From the NCBI RefSeq assembly GCF_009734345.1, contig NZ_CP032551.1:810001-842000 (forward strand): a stretch of 32,000 nucleotides of DNA. Direction: 5' to 3'. The translations under genes were made by a program, and so were the position numbers. How positions within the stretch are numbered: position 1 is the first letter of the stretch; every line of letters starts with the position of its first letter. The notes below the pieces were generated by a model. The model was not told the DNA's origin and did not search any database. It saw nothing but the letters and a program-made list of their open reading frames with translations. Below are positions 8,256 to 19,178 of the stretch, in pieces. This DNA is from Pseudidiomarina andamanensis (GTDB lineage: Bacteria; Pseudomonadota; Gammaproteobacteria; Enterobacterales; Alteromonadaceae).

Positions 8256-8316
8256 TTCACAGCGGCTTTGTCACAATGCGACTACAGATGTTTTAACAGC
8301 AAGAGAAAATCGACAC

Positions 8317-10503
<2,187 letters not shown>

Positions 10504-10504
<1 letters not shown>

Positions 10505-10644
10505 TGATTTTACTTGCTGTTGGCATTATTGTCGGTAATTTGATGCTTTTAAAGCATACTGCACATATAAAAATGCCGTCGCTGAAAGATAAACAGCAAC
10601 GGCAACAAGATGATTCAGATGACGATGATTGGCGTGACGATTAA
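10504..10644 (+). CDS. Small single-pass membrane protein, 46 aa (DUF2897-like as far as I recall)
   Basis: Too short for the ORF track. Translation is [46 protein letters not shown]. The ATG overlaps the M15 stop (TAATG) and the stop overlaps the convergent purC stop (TTAA). Layout is an N-terminal TM helix, a basic stretch and an acidic tail. Confidence 0.5.
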
Positions 10645-11354
10645 AGCGATACGCCGAGTCGCGCAGCCACCTCTTCGTACGCTTCCACAACGCCGCCCAA
10701 GCCTTGACGGAAACGGTCTTTATCTAATTTCTTACGAGTTTCTTTGTCCCATAAACGGCAACCATCTGGACTAAATTCATCACCCAATACAATATTACCG
10801 TCGCCGTCGACACCAAACTCAAGTTTGAAATCAACCAATAACATGCCGGCATCGTCAAACAACTTTTTCAATACGTCGTTTACTTTGAAGGTTAGTTCCT
10901 TCATTTGTGCCAACTGGTCAGCGGTTGCCCAGCCAAAACTGATTGCCAACGATTCGTTGATCATTGGGTCATGAAGCGCATCATTCTTCAAAAACTGCTC
11001 GAACGTTGGAGGATTCAACTCCTGCCCTTCGGTTACCCCTAGACGACGCACTAAAGATCCTGCCGCATAGTTACGAATAACGCATTCAACTGGAATCATC
11101 GCTAACTTCTTAACCAATGTTTCCGTGTCGCTTAATACTTGATCCAGCTGGGTTGGAATACCAGCGGCTTCAAGCTTGGCCATAATGAAATTGTTAAACT
11201 TATTATTCACCATGCCTTTGCGGTCCAGCTGCTCAACTTTCTCACCATCAAATGCTGAGGTGTCGTTGCGGAACTGAAGAATTAAGCGTTCAGGGTCATC
11301 CGTTGTGAATACGGTTTTGGCCTTACCCCGATACAATTCAGTACGTTTTTCCAT
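10641..11354 (-). CDS. purC: Phosphoribosylaminoimidazole-succinocarboxamide synthase
   Basis: [16 protein letters not shown]... matches E. coli PurC along its length. I use ATG 11354; the 3 extra track codons start at a TTG. Confidence 0.95.
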   Translation of the reverse strand: MEKRTELYRGKAKTVFTTDDPERLILQFRNDTSAFDGEKVEQLDRKGMVNNKFNNFIMAKLEAAGIPTQLDQVLSDTETLVKKLAMIPVECVIRNYAAGSLVRRLGVTEGQELNPPTFEQFLKNDALHDPMINESLAISFGWATADQLAQMKELTFKVNDVLKKLFDDAGMLLVDFKLEFGVDGDGNIVLGDEFSPDGCRLWDKETRKKLDKDRFRQGLGGVVEAYEEVAARLGVSL

Positions 11355-11386
11355 GAGCAGCAATGTCTCCGAACAGTTAGAGAATT

Positions 11387-11412
11387 AAAGTGGCGTTATT
11401 ATACGCCACTTT
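11387..11412 (-). other. 10-bp perfect stem-loop straddling the bamC stop codon; the loop reads TATAAT on the minus strand
   Basis: AAAGTGGCGT (11387-11396) pairs with ACGCCACTTT (11403-11412). The loop holds the bamC TAA. Minus-strand TATAAT is at 11398-11403, 44 nt upstream of the purC ATG. This could be a processing/attenuator hairpin, a purC -10 element, or both. Confidence 0.4.
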
Positions 11413-12460
11413 GGGTGCGAATTTCAGTAGCAAACGGTGCAAAAATTTGCATCACTTCGTCTGCACTCAATGCGTCACCATTATCACGGAATAATGTGAT
11501 TGAAGTGCGTTTTGCATCACCCGTCACTTTCACTTCGTAGGCACCTTCTGGTAACTGCAACTTACCTTCAGATCTGCCACTCCAGAACGAGTCGTCCACT
11601 TTGTAGGTGACGTAATAACGACCATTTTCACGATTAAAGTCATCCACTTCAAAACCTAGCTCTGGCAAAACATTTTTCATCAAGGCCCATGTATAACTGA
11701 AACTTGCGCCCATGATGAAGCTTGCATAACCATCTTCATCGAAGCCCATATCAATTAATACAGCACCTTCATCATCTACATCTGCAACGCCGGTTTGTTG
11801 CGTCATCGCAATTTCACTGATGATCATATTTAACGCTGCAGTTGCTGCGTCACGGTCACGGAAACTCAAATAATTTTTATCGATCTCAACAGTGTCGGCA
11901 GCAGTAATTTCACGATCAATAACGCTGCTATTCACCGCCGTTGTGCGACCATGTTCCGCCGTATTAAAATCAAACTGAAAGCGACGGAGAATAGTTACTT
12001 CTTCATCCTCTTCGCCGTATTCGAATGTTTCAACAACCCAATCGGTCTTGATACGTTGCCTATCAACTTGCTCAGTTACGCCAATATTGCGGATACGCAA
12101 TGCCTGTAACGCTCCCTGCCATACGTACTGCTCGATATCAGACATGCCATCAAGCTCATCGAAATAAACACGAACCTGATCTTCGGCCTCTTCCACTCGA
12201 CTACCATCAGCAACTGGCCATACTAATTTGGGTGCTAAAATTGGCACTTCTTTGCCGATTGGTCCTTTACGCTCCGCATCGGGAACCGTGTAACGATTGG
12301 TGGCATCGGGCAACTGTTTGTTTGGCGCAGGTTGAATAGAGTTTTCTGCGGCAAGCTCAGTGTAGTCAAATTTTCCTTCAGCTTGCTGCTTCGGGGTAAA
12401 CGTACATGCACTAGCAACGACTGTGGCAGCGCCAGCTAGTACTAATAAATTCGCTTTCAT
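11399..12460 (-). CDS. bamC: Outer-membrane protein assembly factor BamC (lipoprotein)
   Basis: Signal peptide ending in Cys (VVASAC). Position between dapA and purC as in E. coli (dapA-nlpB ... purC). GGAG 5 nt upstream of the ATG. Confidence 0.8.
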   Translation of the reverse strand: MKANLLVLAGAATVVASACTFTPKQQAEGKFDYTELAAENSIQPAPNKQLPDATNRYTVPDAERKGPIGKEVPILAPKLVWPVADGSRVEEAEDQVRVYFDELDGMSDIEQYVWQGALQALRIRNIGVTEQVDRQRIKTDWVVETFEYGEEDEEVTILRRFQFDFNTAEHGRTTAVNSSVIDREITAADTVEIDKNYLSFRDRDAATAALNMIISEIAMTQQTGVADVDDEGAVLIDMGFDEDGYASFIMGASFSYTWALMKNVLPELGFEVDDFNRENGRYYVTYKVDDSFWSGRSEGKLQLPEGAYEVKVTGDAKRTSITLFRDNGDALSADEVMQIFAPFATEIRTQSGV

Positions 12461-12472
12461 TATTACTCCGCT

Positions 12473-13348
12473 TTAGATTAAACCTGCTTGTTTTAATGTT
12501 TGTTCGATATGTTGTTGCTGCGGAAGTTCCGGTTCTGTCATTGGTAACCGGTAATTCGCTTCCAACTTGCCCATCTGCGCTAGTGCCCATTTCACTGGAA
12601 TCGGATTCGCCTGCACAAACATTGCTTCATGAATACTGGCCATTTCGGCGTCAATTGCCTTTGCAGTAGCAGCATCACCTGCAGTTGCTGCAACAACCAT
12701 TGCTTTCATTTTCTCTGGCATCACGTTCGCGGTAACGCTAATCACACCTTGTCCACCAAGTAACATGAATTCGCACCCAGTAGGGTCATCACCGCTCAAT
12801 AGAATGAAGTCATCACCACAAAGTTTGCGCAATAACTCAACGCGTGAAAGATCCCCTGTCGCTTCCTTAATACCGACTATATTTGGAATTTGCGCCAGTT
12901 CAGCAACTTGTTCGGGTAACACATCGGACGCTGTGCGCCCAGGGACGTTATATAACAGTTGAGGTAACTCAGATGCCTCCGCGCAAGCTTTATAATGCGC
13001 CAATAAACCGCGTTGCGATGGCTTGTTGTAATAAGGGTTAACATTCAAGAAGCCTTGGATAGGCAAACTACTCATGCGTTCGGTGAGCATAACGGCTTCG
13101 GCCGTGGCATTTGAACCGTTGCCCGCAATCACAGAAATACGACCATCGGCAATTTCGGCAACCGCTGCAACCACCATGATATGTTCCTCATGACTCATCG
13201 TCGCGGATTCACCCGTTGTTCCCATCGCCACAATCGCGTCAGTTCCTGCTGCGCAATGCCAGTTCACCAGCTCTTCGAGCGCGTTAAAATCAACATTACC
13301 CTGTTGTGTAAACGGCGTCACGAGTGCGACGATACTACCTGTTAACAT
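12473..13348 (-). CDS. dapA: 4-hydroxy-tetrahydrodipicolinate synthase
   Basis: MLTGSIVALVTPF... is the typical DapA N-terminus, with GTTGES and KEATG motifs. I use ATG 13348; the 30 upstream track codons have no DapA counterpart. Confidence 0.95.
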   Translation of the reverse strand: MLTGSIVALVTPFTQQGNVDFNALEELVNWHCAAGTDAIVAMGTTGESATMSHEEHIMVVAAVAEIADGRISVIAGNGSNATAEAVMLTERMSSLPIQGFLNVNPYYNKPSQRGLLAHYKACAEASELPQLLYNVPGRTASDVLPEQVAELAQIPNIVGIKEATGDLSRVELLRKLCGDDFILLSGDDPTGCEFMLLGGQGVISVTANVMPEKMKAMVVAATAGDAATAKAIDAEMASIHEAMFVQANPIPVKWALAQMGKLEANYRLPMTEPELPQQQHIEQTLKQAGLI

Positions 13349-13376
13349 ATTGCCCCCAATATTAAATGTGCTACTC

Positions 13377-13405
13377 ATGGTACTTTTACCGCTCACTAAT
13401 GACAA
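13377..13405 (-). promoter_or_regulatory. Candidate sigma70 promoter for dapA-bamC (TTGTCA-17-TACCAT)
   Basis: On the minus strand, TTGTCA is at 13400-13405 and TACCAT at 13377-13382 with a 17-bp spacer, about 30 nt upstream of the dapA ATG. Pattern match only. Confidence 0.3.
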
Positions 13406-13419
13406 GGTTGGCACAGGCT

Positions 13420-13448
13420 TTGCGTCGCGCCAATGCATCTTTTATCAT
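13420..13448 (+). promoter_or_regulatory. Candidate sigma70 promoter for bcp (TTGCGT-17-TATCAT)
   Basis: -35 at 13420-13425 and -10 at 13443-13448, about 48 nt upstream of the bcp ATG. Pattern match only. Confidence 0.3.
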
Positions 13449-13495
13449 AAATGCTTCGTATATAAATATTCACACGCGATGCCAATGGAGCGATT

Positions 13496-13966
13496 ATGAA
13501 TACTTTGAAAGCAGGCGATAAAGCACCTCAATTTACCTTACTTGATGCAAACGAGCAGTCTGTAGCGCTCGCCGACTTGCTCAAGCAAGGTCGTGTTCTT
13601 GTTTATTTTTACCCTAAAGCGATGACGCCTGGTTGTACGGTTCAAGCCCAGCAGTTGCGAGACCATCAGCAACAACTAAAAGCTCACAATGTACAAGTAG
13701 TTGGTATCAGCACCGATGAACCGAAACGCCTTGCTAAATTCACTGAGCGTGATCAACTCAATTTCACCCTGTTGAGCGATGTTGATCATCAAGTTGCTGA
13801 AGCCTTTGGCGTTTGGGGCTTGAAAAAGTTCATGGGGCGCGAATACGACGGCTTACACCGTATCAGTTTTTTAATTAATCAAGACGGGCAAATCGCTAAC
13901 GTCTTCGATAAATTTAAAACGAAAGATCATCACCAAGTCGTCTTAGATTATCTCGCCGACGCCTAA
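13496..13966 (+). CDS. bcp: Thioredoxin-dependent thiol peroxidase (Bcp/PrxQ), 1-Cys type
   Basis: Near-colinear with E. coli Bcp (YFYPKAMTPGCTVQA). GGAG upstream. There is only one Cys in the whole protein. Confidence 0.9.
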   Translation: MNTLKAGDKAPQFTLLDANEQSVALADLLKQGRVLVYFYPKAMTPGCTVQAQQLRDHQQQLKAHNVQVVGISTDEPKRLAKFTERDQLNFTLLSDVDHQVAEAFGVWGLKKFMGREYDGLHRISFLINQDGQIANVFDKFKTKDHHQVVLDYLADA

Positions 13967-15042
13967 TTCTTATCTTCGAGCAATTCGGTTGGTTCTGGCT
14001 TGGATGATAACGCAGTAATCACTGCTTTCACCAAGCTGGCCAACGGAATGGCAAAGAACACACCCCAGAAACCCCACAACCCACCAAATATCAGCACTGC
14101 TGCAATGATATAAACCGGGTTCAAATTCACAACTTCAGAAAACAGTAATGGCACTAATAAGTTGCCATCTAATGCTTGAATAATGAGATAGACCACCATC
14201 ACCCAAGCAAACATGCCGGTCCAACCAAATTGAAACAGCGCAACCAAAAATACCGGTAAAGTGACAACCGCTGCACCAATGTATGGAATTAACACTGAGA
14301 ATCCGACTAACACCGCTAACAATGCAGCGTAGCGTAACTCAAAGAAGGCGAAGCATAGGTAAGTAAATACCCCTACCACAACAACTTCTACAGCTTTGCC
14401 GCGAATATAATTCATAATTTGCATGTTCATTTCATCGCTGACCTGCGCAATCAAACGACGATTACTAGGTAGAATATGGCTAACATGACGCAACAGCTGG
14501 TGCTTGTCTTTGAGCATAAAGAATACAAGTAATGGCACAACAATTAGATAAATTAGCAACGCCATAATGCCGACAATACGGCTTAACGACTGGCTTAAAA
14601 GTGTTTCACCAAAAAGCAAAGCGCGACTTGTTGTCGTTTCGATAAATGTATTGATATTGCCCTGGCTGATATATTCAGGAAACATTTCCGGTAGTCGATT
14701 CAGCAGTACTTTTACTTGCGCAAACATTTGCGGTAACTCGCCAACAAGCGCCACTGATTGCTGCCAAATAACCGGTACAAGAAACAGCAACAGCACAACA
14801 TTGAGTGCGATAAAACTAAGAAACACGATAACGACCGCGCTCAAACGCGGCATTCCGGTGCGCACTAGTCGCTGTACCGGCCACTCAAGTAGGTAGGCAA
14901 GAACCAGAGCGACTAAAATCGGCGCCAAAATATCGCTGAACAAAATAATCAGCGCAAACGTAGTTAATAACAGTAAAAACAACGTGACCGCGTCAGGATC
15001 AGAAAATTTGCGGTTGTACCATTGTTTTAAGTAATCAAACAT
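13963..15042 (-). CDS. perM: AI-2E family transporter (PerM/YfgO-like permease)
   Basis: MFDYLKQWYNRKFSDPDAV aligns with the E. coli PerM N-terminus (MLEMLMQWYRRRFSDPEAI). Multi-TM protein. ATG 15042 has GGAG 9 nt upstream; the track ORF starts 5 codons earlier at a TTG. Confidence 0.85.
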   Translation of the reverse strand: MFDYLKQWYNRKFSDPDAVTLFLLLLTTFALIILFSDILAPILVALVLAYLLEWPVQRLVRTGMPRLSAVVIVFLSFIALNVVLLLFLVPVIWQQSVALVGELPQMFAQVKVLLNRLPEMFPEYISQGNINTFIETTTSRALLFGETLLSQSLSRIVGIMALLIYLIVVPLLVFFMLKDKHQLLRHVSHILPSNRRLIAQVSDEMNMQIMNYIRGKAVEVVVVGVFTYLCFAFFELRYAALLAVLVGFSVLIPYIGAAVVTLPVFLVALFQFGWTGMFAWVMVVYLIIQALDGNLLVPLLFSEVVNLNPVYIIAAVLIFGGLWGFWGVFFAIPLASLVKAVITALSSKPEPTELLEDKN

Positions 15043-15199
15043 TTGTCGCGGCTCCAAAATTTCGGGTAAAAATATTGCATGCTACCCATAGATACCACAT
15101 CATAGCTTTGAACGTACCGGAGTAACAGAGCTGCACGATGAAAACGGGAACCTTTTCACAATTTTATACTCGAAGCAGCAGGTTAATTAGGCGTATAAA

Positions 15200-16648
15200 A
15201 TGAAGCAGTTTATCGGAACAATCGCAGCAGTCGCTCTCGGGGTTACCTTAGCCACCGCGTCCAGCACGATAAAAGCGCAAGAGCGTCTACCGGAAATCGG
15301 TACCGCAGGCGCTTCAGTTATGACTATTGATCGCGAACGTATCTACGGCGATATGTACATGCGTCAGCTACGAGCACAAGCTCCCTTAGTCGGCGACCCT
15401 GTCTTAGATGAATACCTACGTGATCTCGGTTCACGCATGGTTCGCGAGGCTGATGGCGTGCGCTTCCCGTTTAGCTTCTTCTGGGTGAATCAAAAAGACA
15501 TCAATGCGTTTGCATTTTTTGGCGGCTATATTGGGGTTCATACCGGCTTAATTTCCGAAGCTCAAACCGAAAGTGAATTAGCCGCGGTATTAGCTCACGA
15601 GATTGCTCACGTTTCGCAACGTCATATTGTTCGTAATATGGAACGTATGTCGAATGCTTCACCAACAACCATGGCGGCAATGCTTGGCGCGGTTATTTTA
15701 GCCGTCATTAACCCGCAACTTGGGATGGCGGCATTAACGGGAACTATGGGTGTCTCACAACAAATGCAAATTAACTACACACGGCAATTTGAACAAGAAG
15801 CTGACCGTGTTGGTTTATCTATTCTGGTCAATTCCGGCTTTGACCCAATGGGGTCACCTAACTTTTTTGGGCGCTTAAGCGAAAAGTATCGCTATACCTC
15901 TCGTCCACCTGAAATTCTGTTAACCCACCCATACAGTGAAAACCGTCTGGCTGACATGCGAAGTCGCGCCGAATCAATGAAACGTCCTGAAGTTCGCGAT
16001 TCACTCTCATTTTTGTTAGCGAAATATCGAATTCAAGCACGCCACTTACGGCAACTAAGTGAGGCTGAGTTACGGCGTCAAATTGAAACGGCATCAAGCG
16101 ATCATATAAAAACTGCAGCAACGTATGCTCTGGCTATTGTTTTATTAGATAATCGACGCGCTGAAGAGGCTGAGGACGTCATTGCACCGCTATTAAAACG
16201 CGATCCGATGAACACCTTTTTCATTGATGTACAAAGCGACATTTTATTAGCTCAGAATCGTTATGATGATGCTTTAGCAACGCTTGAAAAGGCCTACATG
16301 CGCCAGCCGAATGAACAAACGATCACGCTAAACTTTGCGAACGTCGCCGTAGAAGCAAAGCAATATGAGCTAGCGATTACACTGCTACGCGAGTATTTGC
16401 AACGCAATGAAAACAATGTTCTAGCACTCGATTTGTTAGCGACTGCCTACCGCCTAAATGGTAACAGTAGTTCAATGCACGAAACCCAAGCCGAACTTGC
16501 AGCGTTGCATGGCGCTTTTGATCAAGCCATTGATCATTTGCACAAAGCTCACAAGCAAAGCGGCTTAGAACTTGAAAAACGTCGTCTTCAAGCGCGCATT
16601 GAACAGTTGATGGAACAAAAACAATTCTTGCAAAAGCTAAGTTCGTAA
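15200..16648 (+). CDS. bepA: Beta-barrel assembly-enhancing protease (M48 peptidase with C-terminal TPR repeats)
   Basis: Signal peptide, HEIAHVSQRH (HExxH) and a TPR-like C-terminal half. Divergent from perM as in E. coli (yfgO/yfgC). Confidence 0.9.
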   Translation: MKQFIGTIAAVALGVTLATASSTIKAQERLPEIGTAGASVMTIDRERIYGDMYMRQLRAQAPLVGDPVLDEYLRDLGSRMVREADGVRFPFSFFWVNQKDINAFAFFGGYIGVHTGLISEAQTESELAAVLAHEIAHVSQRHIVRNMERMSNASPTTMAAMLGAVILAVINPQLGMAALTGTMGVSQQMQINYTRQFEQEADRVGLSILVNSGFDPMGSPNFFGRLSEKYRYTSRPPEILLTHPYSENRLADMRSRAESMKRPEVRDSLSFLLAKYRIQARHLRQLSEAELRRQIETASSDHIKTAATYALAIVLLDNRRAEEAEDVIAPLLKRDPMNTFFIDVQSDILLAQNRYDDALATLEKAYMRQPNEQTITLNFANVAVEAKQYELAITLLREYLQRNENNVLALDLLATAYRLNGNSSSMHETQAELAALHGAFDQAIDHLHKAHKQSGLELEKRRLQARIEQLMEQKQFLQKLSS

Positions 16649-16650
16649 AT

Positions 16651-17121
16651 TTAGTGCGCTTCTTTCAGCTTTAATCCCGTTGCTTTGGCGAGACTTGCTA
16701 ACGTTTGCTCGCCAAGCAATGGCCCTTTAATTTCACCACTTGGCGTAACTATAAAGGTTGCCGGTAAAGCATTTGGTTGAGCAAATGGCAAGTTTGGTAG
16801 CGGCTCGTTTTGAATCAATGGAAACTGAATATCGTATTCAGCTCGTAATGCCGCGAGTTCGTCATTATTTAAACCATCGAAACTAACACCGAGTAACGTT
16901 ACCTGATCGCCATAGAGTTCATGAAATTCGTTCAATTCAGGCAATTCTCGCAAGCACGGCGCGCACCACTCGGCAAAATAGTTAACCACCACATAACCGC
17001 CTTCTAATTGCTGCCAGCTATGACTACCATCTGTATCGGTATGAAAATCAGGTGCCGGCTGACACGCGCTCAAAAATACTGCTGTGGCCAGCATCACCAC
17101 TGGCAAAAATCGACAACGCAT
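16651..17121 (-). CDS. TlpA-family thiol:disulfide oxidoreductase lipoprotein (thioredoxin fold)
   Basis: Lipobox LSAC and the WCAPC active site. Confidence 0.8.
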   Translation of the reverse strand: MRCRFLPVVMLATAVFLSACQPAPDFHTDTDGSHSWQQLEGGYVVVNYFAEWCAPCLRELPELNEFHELYGDQVTLLGVSFDGLNNDELAALRAEYDIQFPLIQNEPLPNLPFAQPNALPATFIVTPSGEIKGPLLGEQTLASLAKATGLKLKEAH

Positions 17122-17168
17122 AGAGTTTCCCTTAAGCTAACGCATTATTTACTGGAGGATTCATAGTC

Positions 17169-17525
17169 ATGGCACAGGTCACGATTTATCATAACCCGCG
17201 CTGCTCAAAGAGCCGCCAAACCTTACAATTACTCGAACAACATCACATTGAACCAGAAGTTGTCGAGTACCTAAAAACTCCGCCTAGTGTGACAGAAATT
17301 CAAACGCTGATACAACAACTCGGGTTTATTTCAGCACGAGAATTGATGCGCTCCAAAGAAGATACGTACAAAGCGCTCAATCTGGCCACTGAGCAAGACG
17401 AAAATAAATTAATGCAAGCCATGGCTGAACATCCGAAGCTGATTGAACGCCCGATTGTGGTCGTTGGTAATCAAGCACGTTTAGGGCGTCCGCCGGAAGC
17501 AGTGCTCGAGATCTTGCCAGAATGA
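17169..17525 (+). CDS. arsC: ArsC-family arsenate reductase (YfgD type, glutaredoxin-coupled class)
   Basis: IYHNPRCSKSRQTL...PKLIERPIVV...GRPPE is nearly colinear with E. coli YfgD. Confidence 0.85.
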   Translation: MAQVTIYHNPRCSKSRQTLQLLEQHHIEPEVVEYLKTPPSVTEIQTLIQQLGFISARELMRSKEDTYKALNLATEQDENKLMQAMAEHPKLIERPIVVVGNQARLGRPPEAVLEILPE

Positions 17526-18109
17526 GTACGCGTGTTTTAATTCTTTACTATAGCCGCGGCGGAGCTACCCAAGCATTAGCTGATGCTATTGCCGACGGTG
17601 TATTGAAAGCCGGAGGTGAGCCATTGATGCGCACCGTTGCCGGAGCTGGTGACCCCGCCAGTCAGCGCGATCTAGAAATTAACCAAGACGAACTCAAACA
17701 TTGCGATGGCTTAATTCTTGGCAGCCCAGTGCGATTCGGCCATATGGCGAGTGCTTTGCAACAGTTTTGGGAACAAACCAGTGTGACTTGGTTAAAAGGT
17801 GAACTTGAAGGCAAGCCAGCAGCCGTATTCACATCTGGCAGCAGTATGCATAGCGGTCAAGAGTCGACTTTGCTCTCTATGGGCGTCCCTCTGCTTCATC
17901 ATGGCATGTTATTATGCGGTATTCCTTATACAGAACCAGCTATTCAACAAACTCAATCTGGTGCGTCACCGTATGGTGCTAGCCATGTCGAGCACGGCCA
18001 TGGTAAACACCTCACAGACCATGAATATCAGGCCGCATTGGCACTTGGTCGGCGGGTTGCTGTAATTGCTTCGGCATTAAAAACCGTACGTGAACAAGGT
18101 AATTTATGA
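17522..18109 (+). CDS. Flavodoxin-like NAD(P)H:quinone oxidoreductase (WrbA-like)
   Basis: ILYYSRGGAT FMN-binding N-terminus and GSPVRFG. ATGA overlap with arsC. Confidence 0.75.
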   Translation: MSTRVLILYYSRGGATQALADAIADGVLKAGGEPLMRTVAGAGDPASQRDLEINQDELKHCDGLILGSPVRFGHMASALQQFWEQTSVTWLKGELEGKPAAVFTSGSSMHSGQESTLLSMGVPLLHHGMLLCGIPYTEPAIQQTQSGASPYGASHVEHGHGKHLTDHEYQAALALGRRVAVIASALKTVREQGNL

Positions 18110-18498
18110 ATCTCGATCAGAAAACTCGGCAAATTCGATTTCTCGCACTGGCAAGCTATATCGGCTTATTAGTCTTGATGCTTATATGGCAAGTTTGGTG
18201 TCAACGCGATAGTGAATTCAGTGTGATTTTTCGACTTGGGCTTTGGGTAGTTCCATTACTCTTTGCGCTGCCAGGCATGCTACGCGGTAAGCCTTACACC
18301 TATGCGTGGGCGAATTTTATTTTAATGTGGTACTTCTTGCACAGCCTCACAATGCTTTATGTTGCCCCCGAGCAACGCGGATTTGCAGTCGCTGAATTGA
18401 TTTTAACCAGCGCGGCGTTTGTCGGCTGCACTTGGTATGCGCGTCGTCAAGGTAAAGCACTTGGTCTAGGCTTGAAAAAATTAAAAGAAAGTAGCTAG
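18106..18498 (+). CDS. DUF2069-like small membrane protein
   Basis: 130 aa with about 4 TM helices. ATGA overlap with the upstream gene. The arsC-wrbA-DUF2069 / hda arrangement recurs in gammaproteobacteria as I recall. Confidence 0.65.
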   Translation: MNLDQKTRQIRFLALASYIGLLVLMLIWQVWCQRDSEFSVIFRLGLWVVPLLFALPGMLRGKPYTYAWANFILMWYFLHSLTMLYVAPEQRGFAVAELILTSAAFVGCTWYARRQGKALGLGLKKLKESS

Positions 18499-19178
18499 AT
18501 AGCTAGAACATCTTTGATGAATGGAATGGTTAAACGCCGTTTCGCAGCAATCGACGCCCGATCTAATCGGGCGAGACACTCTAATAAACTGCGCATATCT
18601 CGCCCTAAACGTTGCACCATAAACTGTGCTGTTTCATGCCCTAAATGCAATCCTAAGGCCTTTGCACGTAATTGCAAGGCCCGCACCTTGTCGTCATCAT
18701 TTAATGCATGCACATGCATACTCAAGCCCCACTGCAGGCGCGAATGCACATCCGCTAGTGCTACTTCAAGATGACTCGGTGCGTGTTTCGCCGTGACCAC
18801 AATACTTCCCTGCCCCGCATCTTTCACTCGATTCAGCAAAGCGAACAACTCAAAACACCAAGTTTCACTACAACTAACGGCGTCAATATCGTCCAAACAA
18901 ATTAACGGATAATTCTCTAACCCTTGTAATATTTGTGGTTGTACTTGGTCATGAAGCTCAGCCAATGGCAAGTACATCACCGCTGAGTCGATATTGGCAC
19001 ACAAGGCATGTAACAAGTGACTTTTGCCCACTCCGTTTGCGCCCCACAGGTAAACAAGCCCCTGTGGTAACTGCTGTAATACCTGCAGTAATTCTTGATT
19101 TGCCCCACGAACGAATGTGGCAAAGGTTTCATCATCAGGTAGCTGAATGGCTAATGGCAGCTGTGCAATAGCGCTCAA
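18495..19178 (-). CDS. hda: DnaA regulatory inactivator Hda
   Basis: Colinear with E. coli Hda: N-terminal clamp-binding-type motif QLPLAI, LPDDETFA, Walker A GANGVGKSHL. The start is TTG 19178 with GGAG 6 nt upstream. The first in-frame ATG lies after the Walker A motif. Confidence 0.9.
   Translation of the reverse strand: MSAIAQLPLAIQLPDDETFATFVRGANQELLQVLQQLPQGLVYLWGANGVGKSHLLHALCANIDSAVMYLPLAELHDQVQPQILQGLENYPLICLDDIDAVSCSETWCFELFALLNRVKDAGQGSIVVTAKHAPSHLEVALADVHSRLQWGLSMHVHALNDDDKVRALQLRAKALGLHLGHETAQFMVQRLGRDMRSLLECLARLDRASIAAKRRLTIPFIKDVLAI

Noticed and set aside
8090-8296. 68-aa plus-strand ORF in the yfbV/yffB intergenic region.
   Set aside because: It has no ATG and no SD at its start. 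The product has odd composition and the ORF runs across the repeat arrays and DnaA boxes, so the region is better explained as regulatory DNA.
13349-13438. N-terminal extensions offered by the ORF track: dapA here, and likewise 2749-2799 (MBL), 8248-8316 (yffB), 11355-11363 (purC), 15043-15057 (perM), 20255-20311 (DUF2066) and 31224-31289 (55-aa ORF).
   Set aside because: In each case an internal ATG lines up with the orthologue's N-terminus or signal peptide and has a properly spaced SD. The upstream start is often TTG or GTG without an SD.
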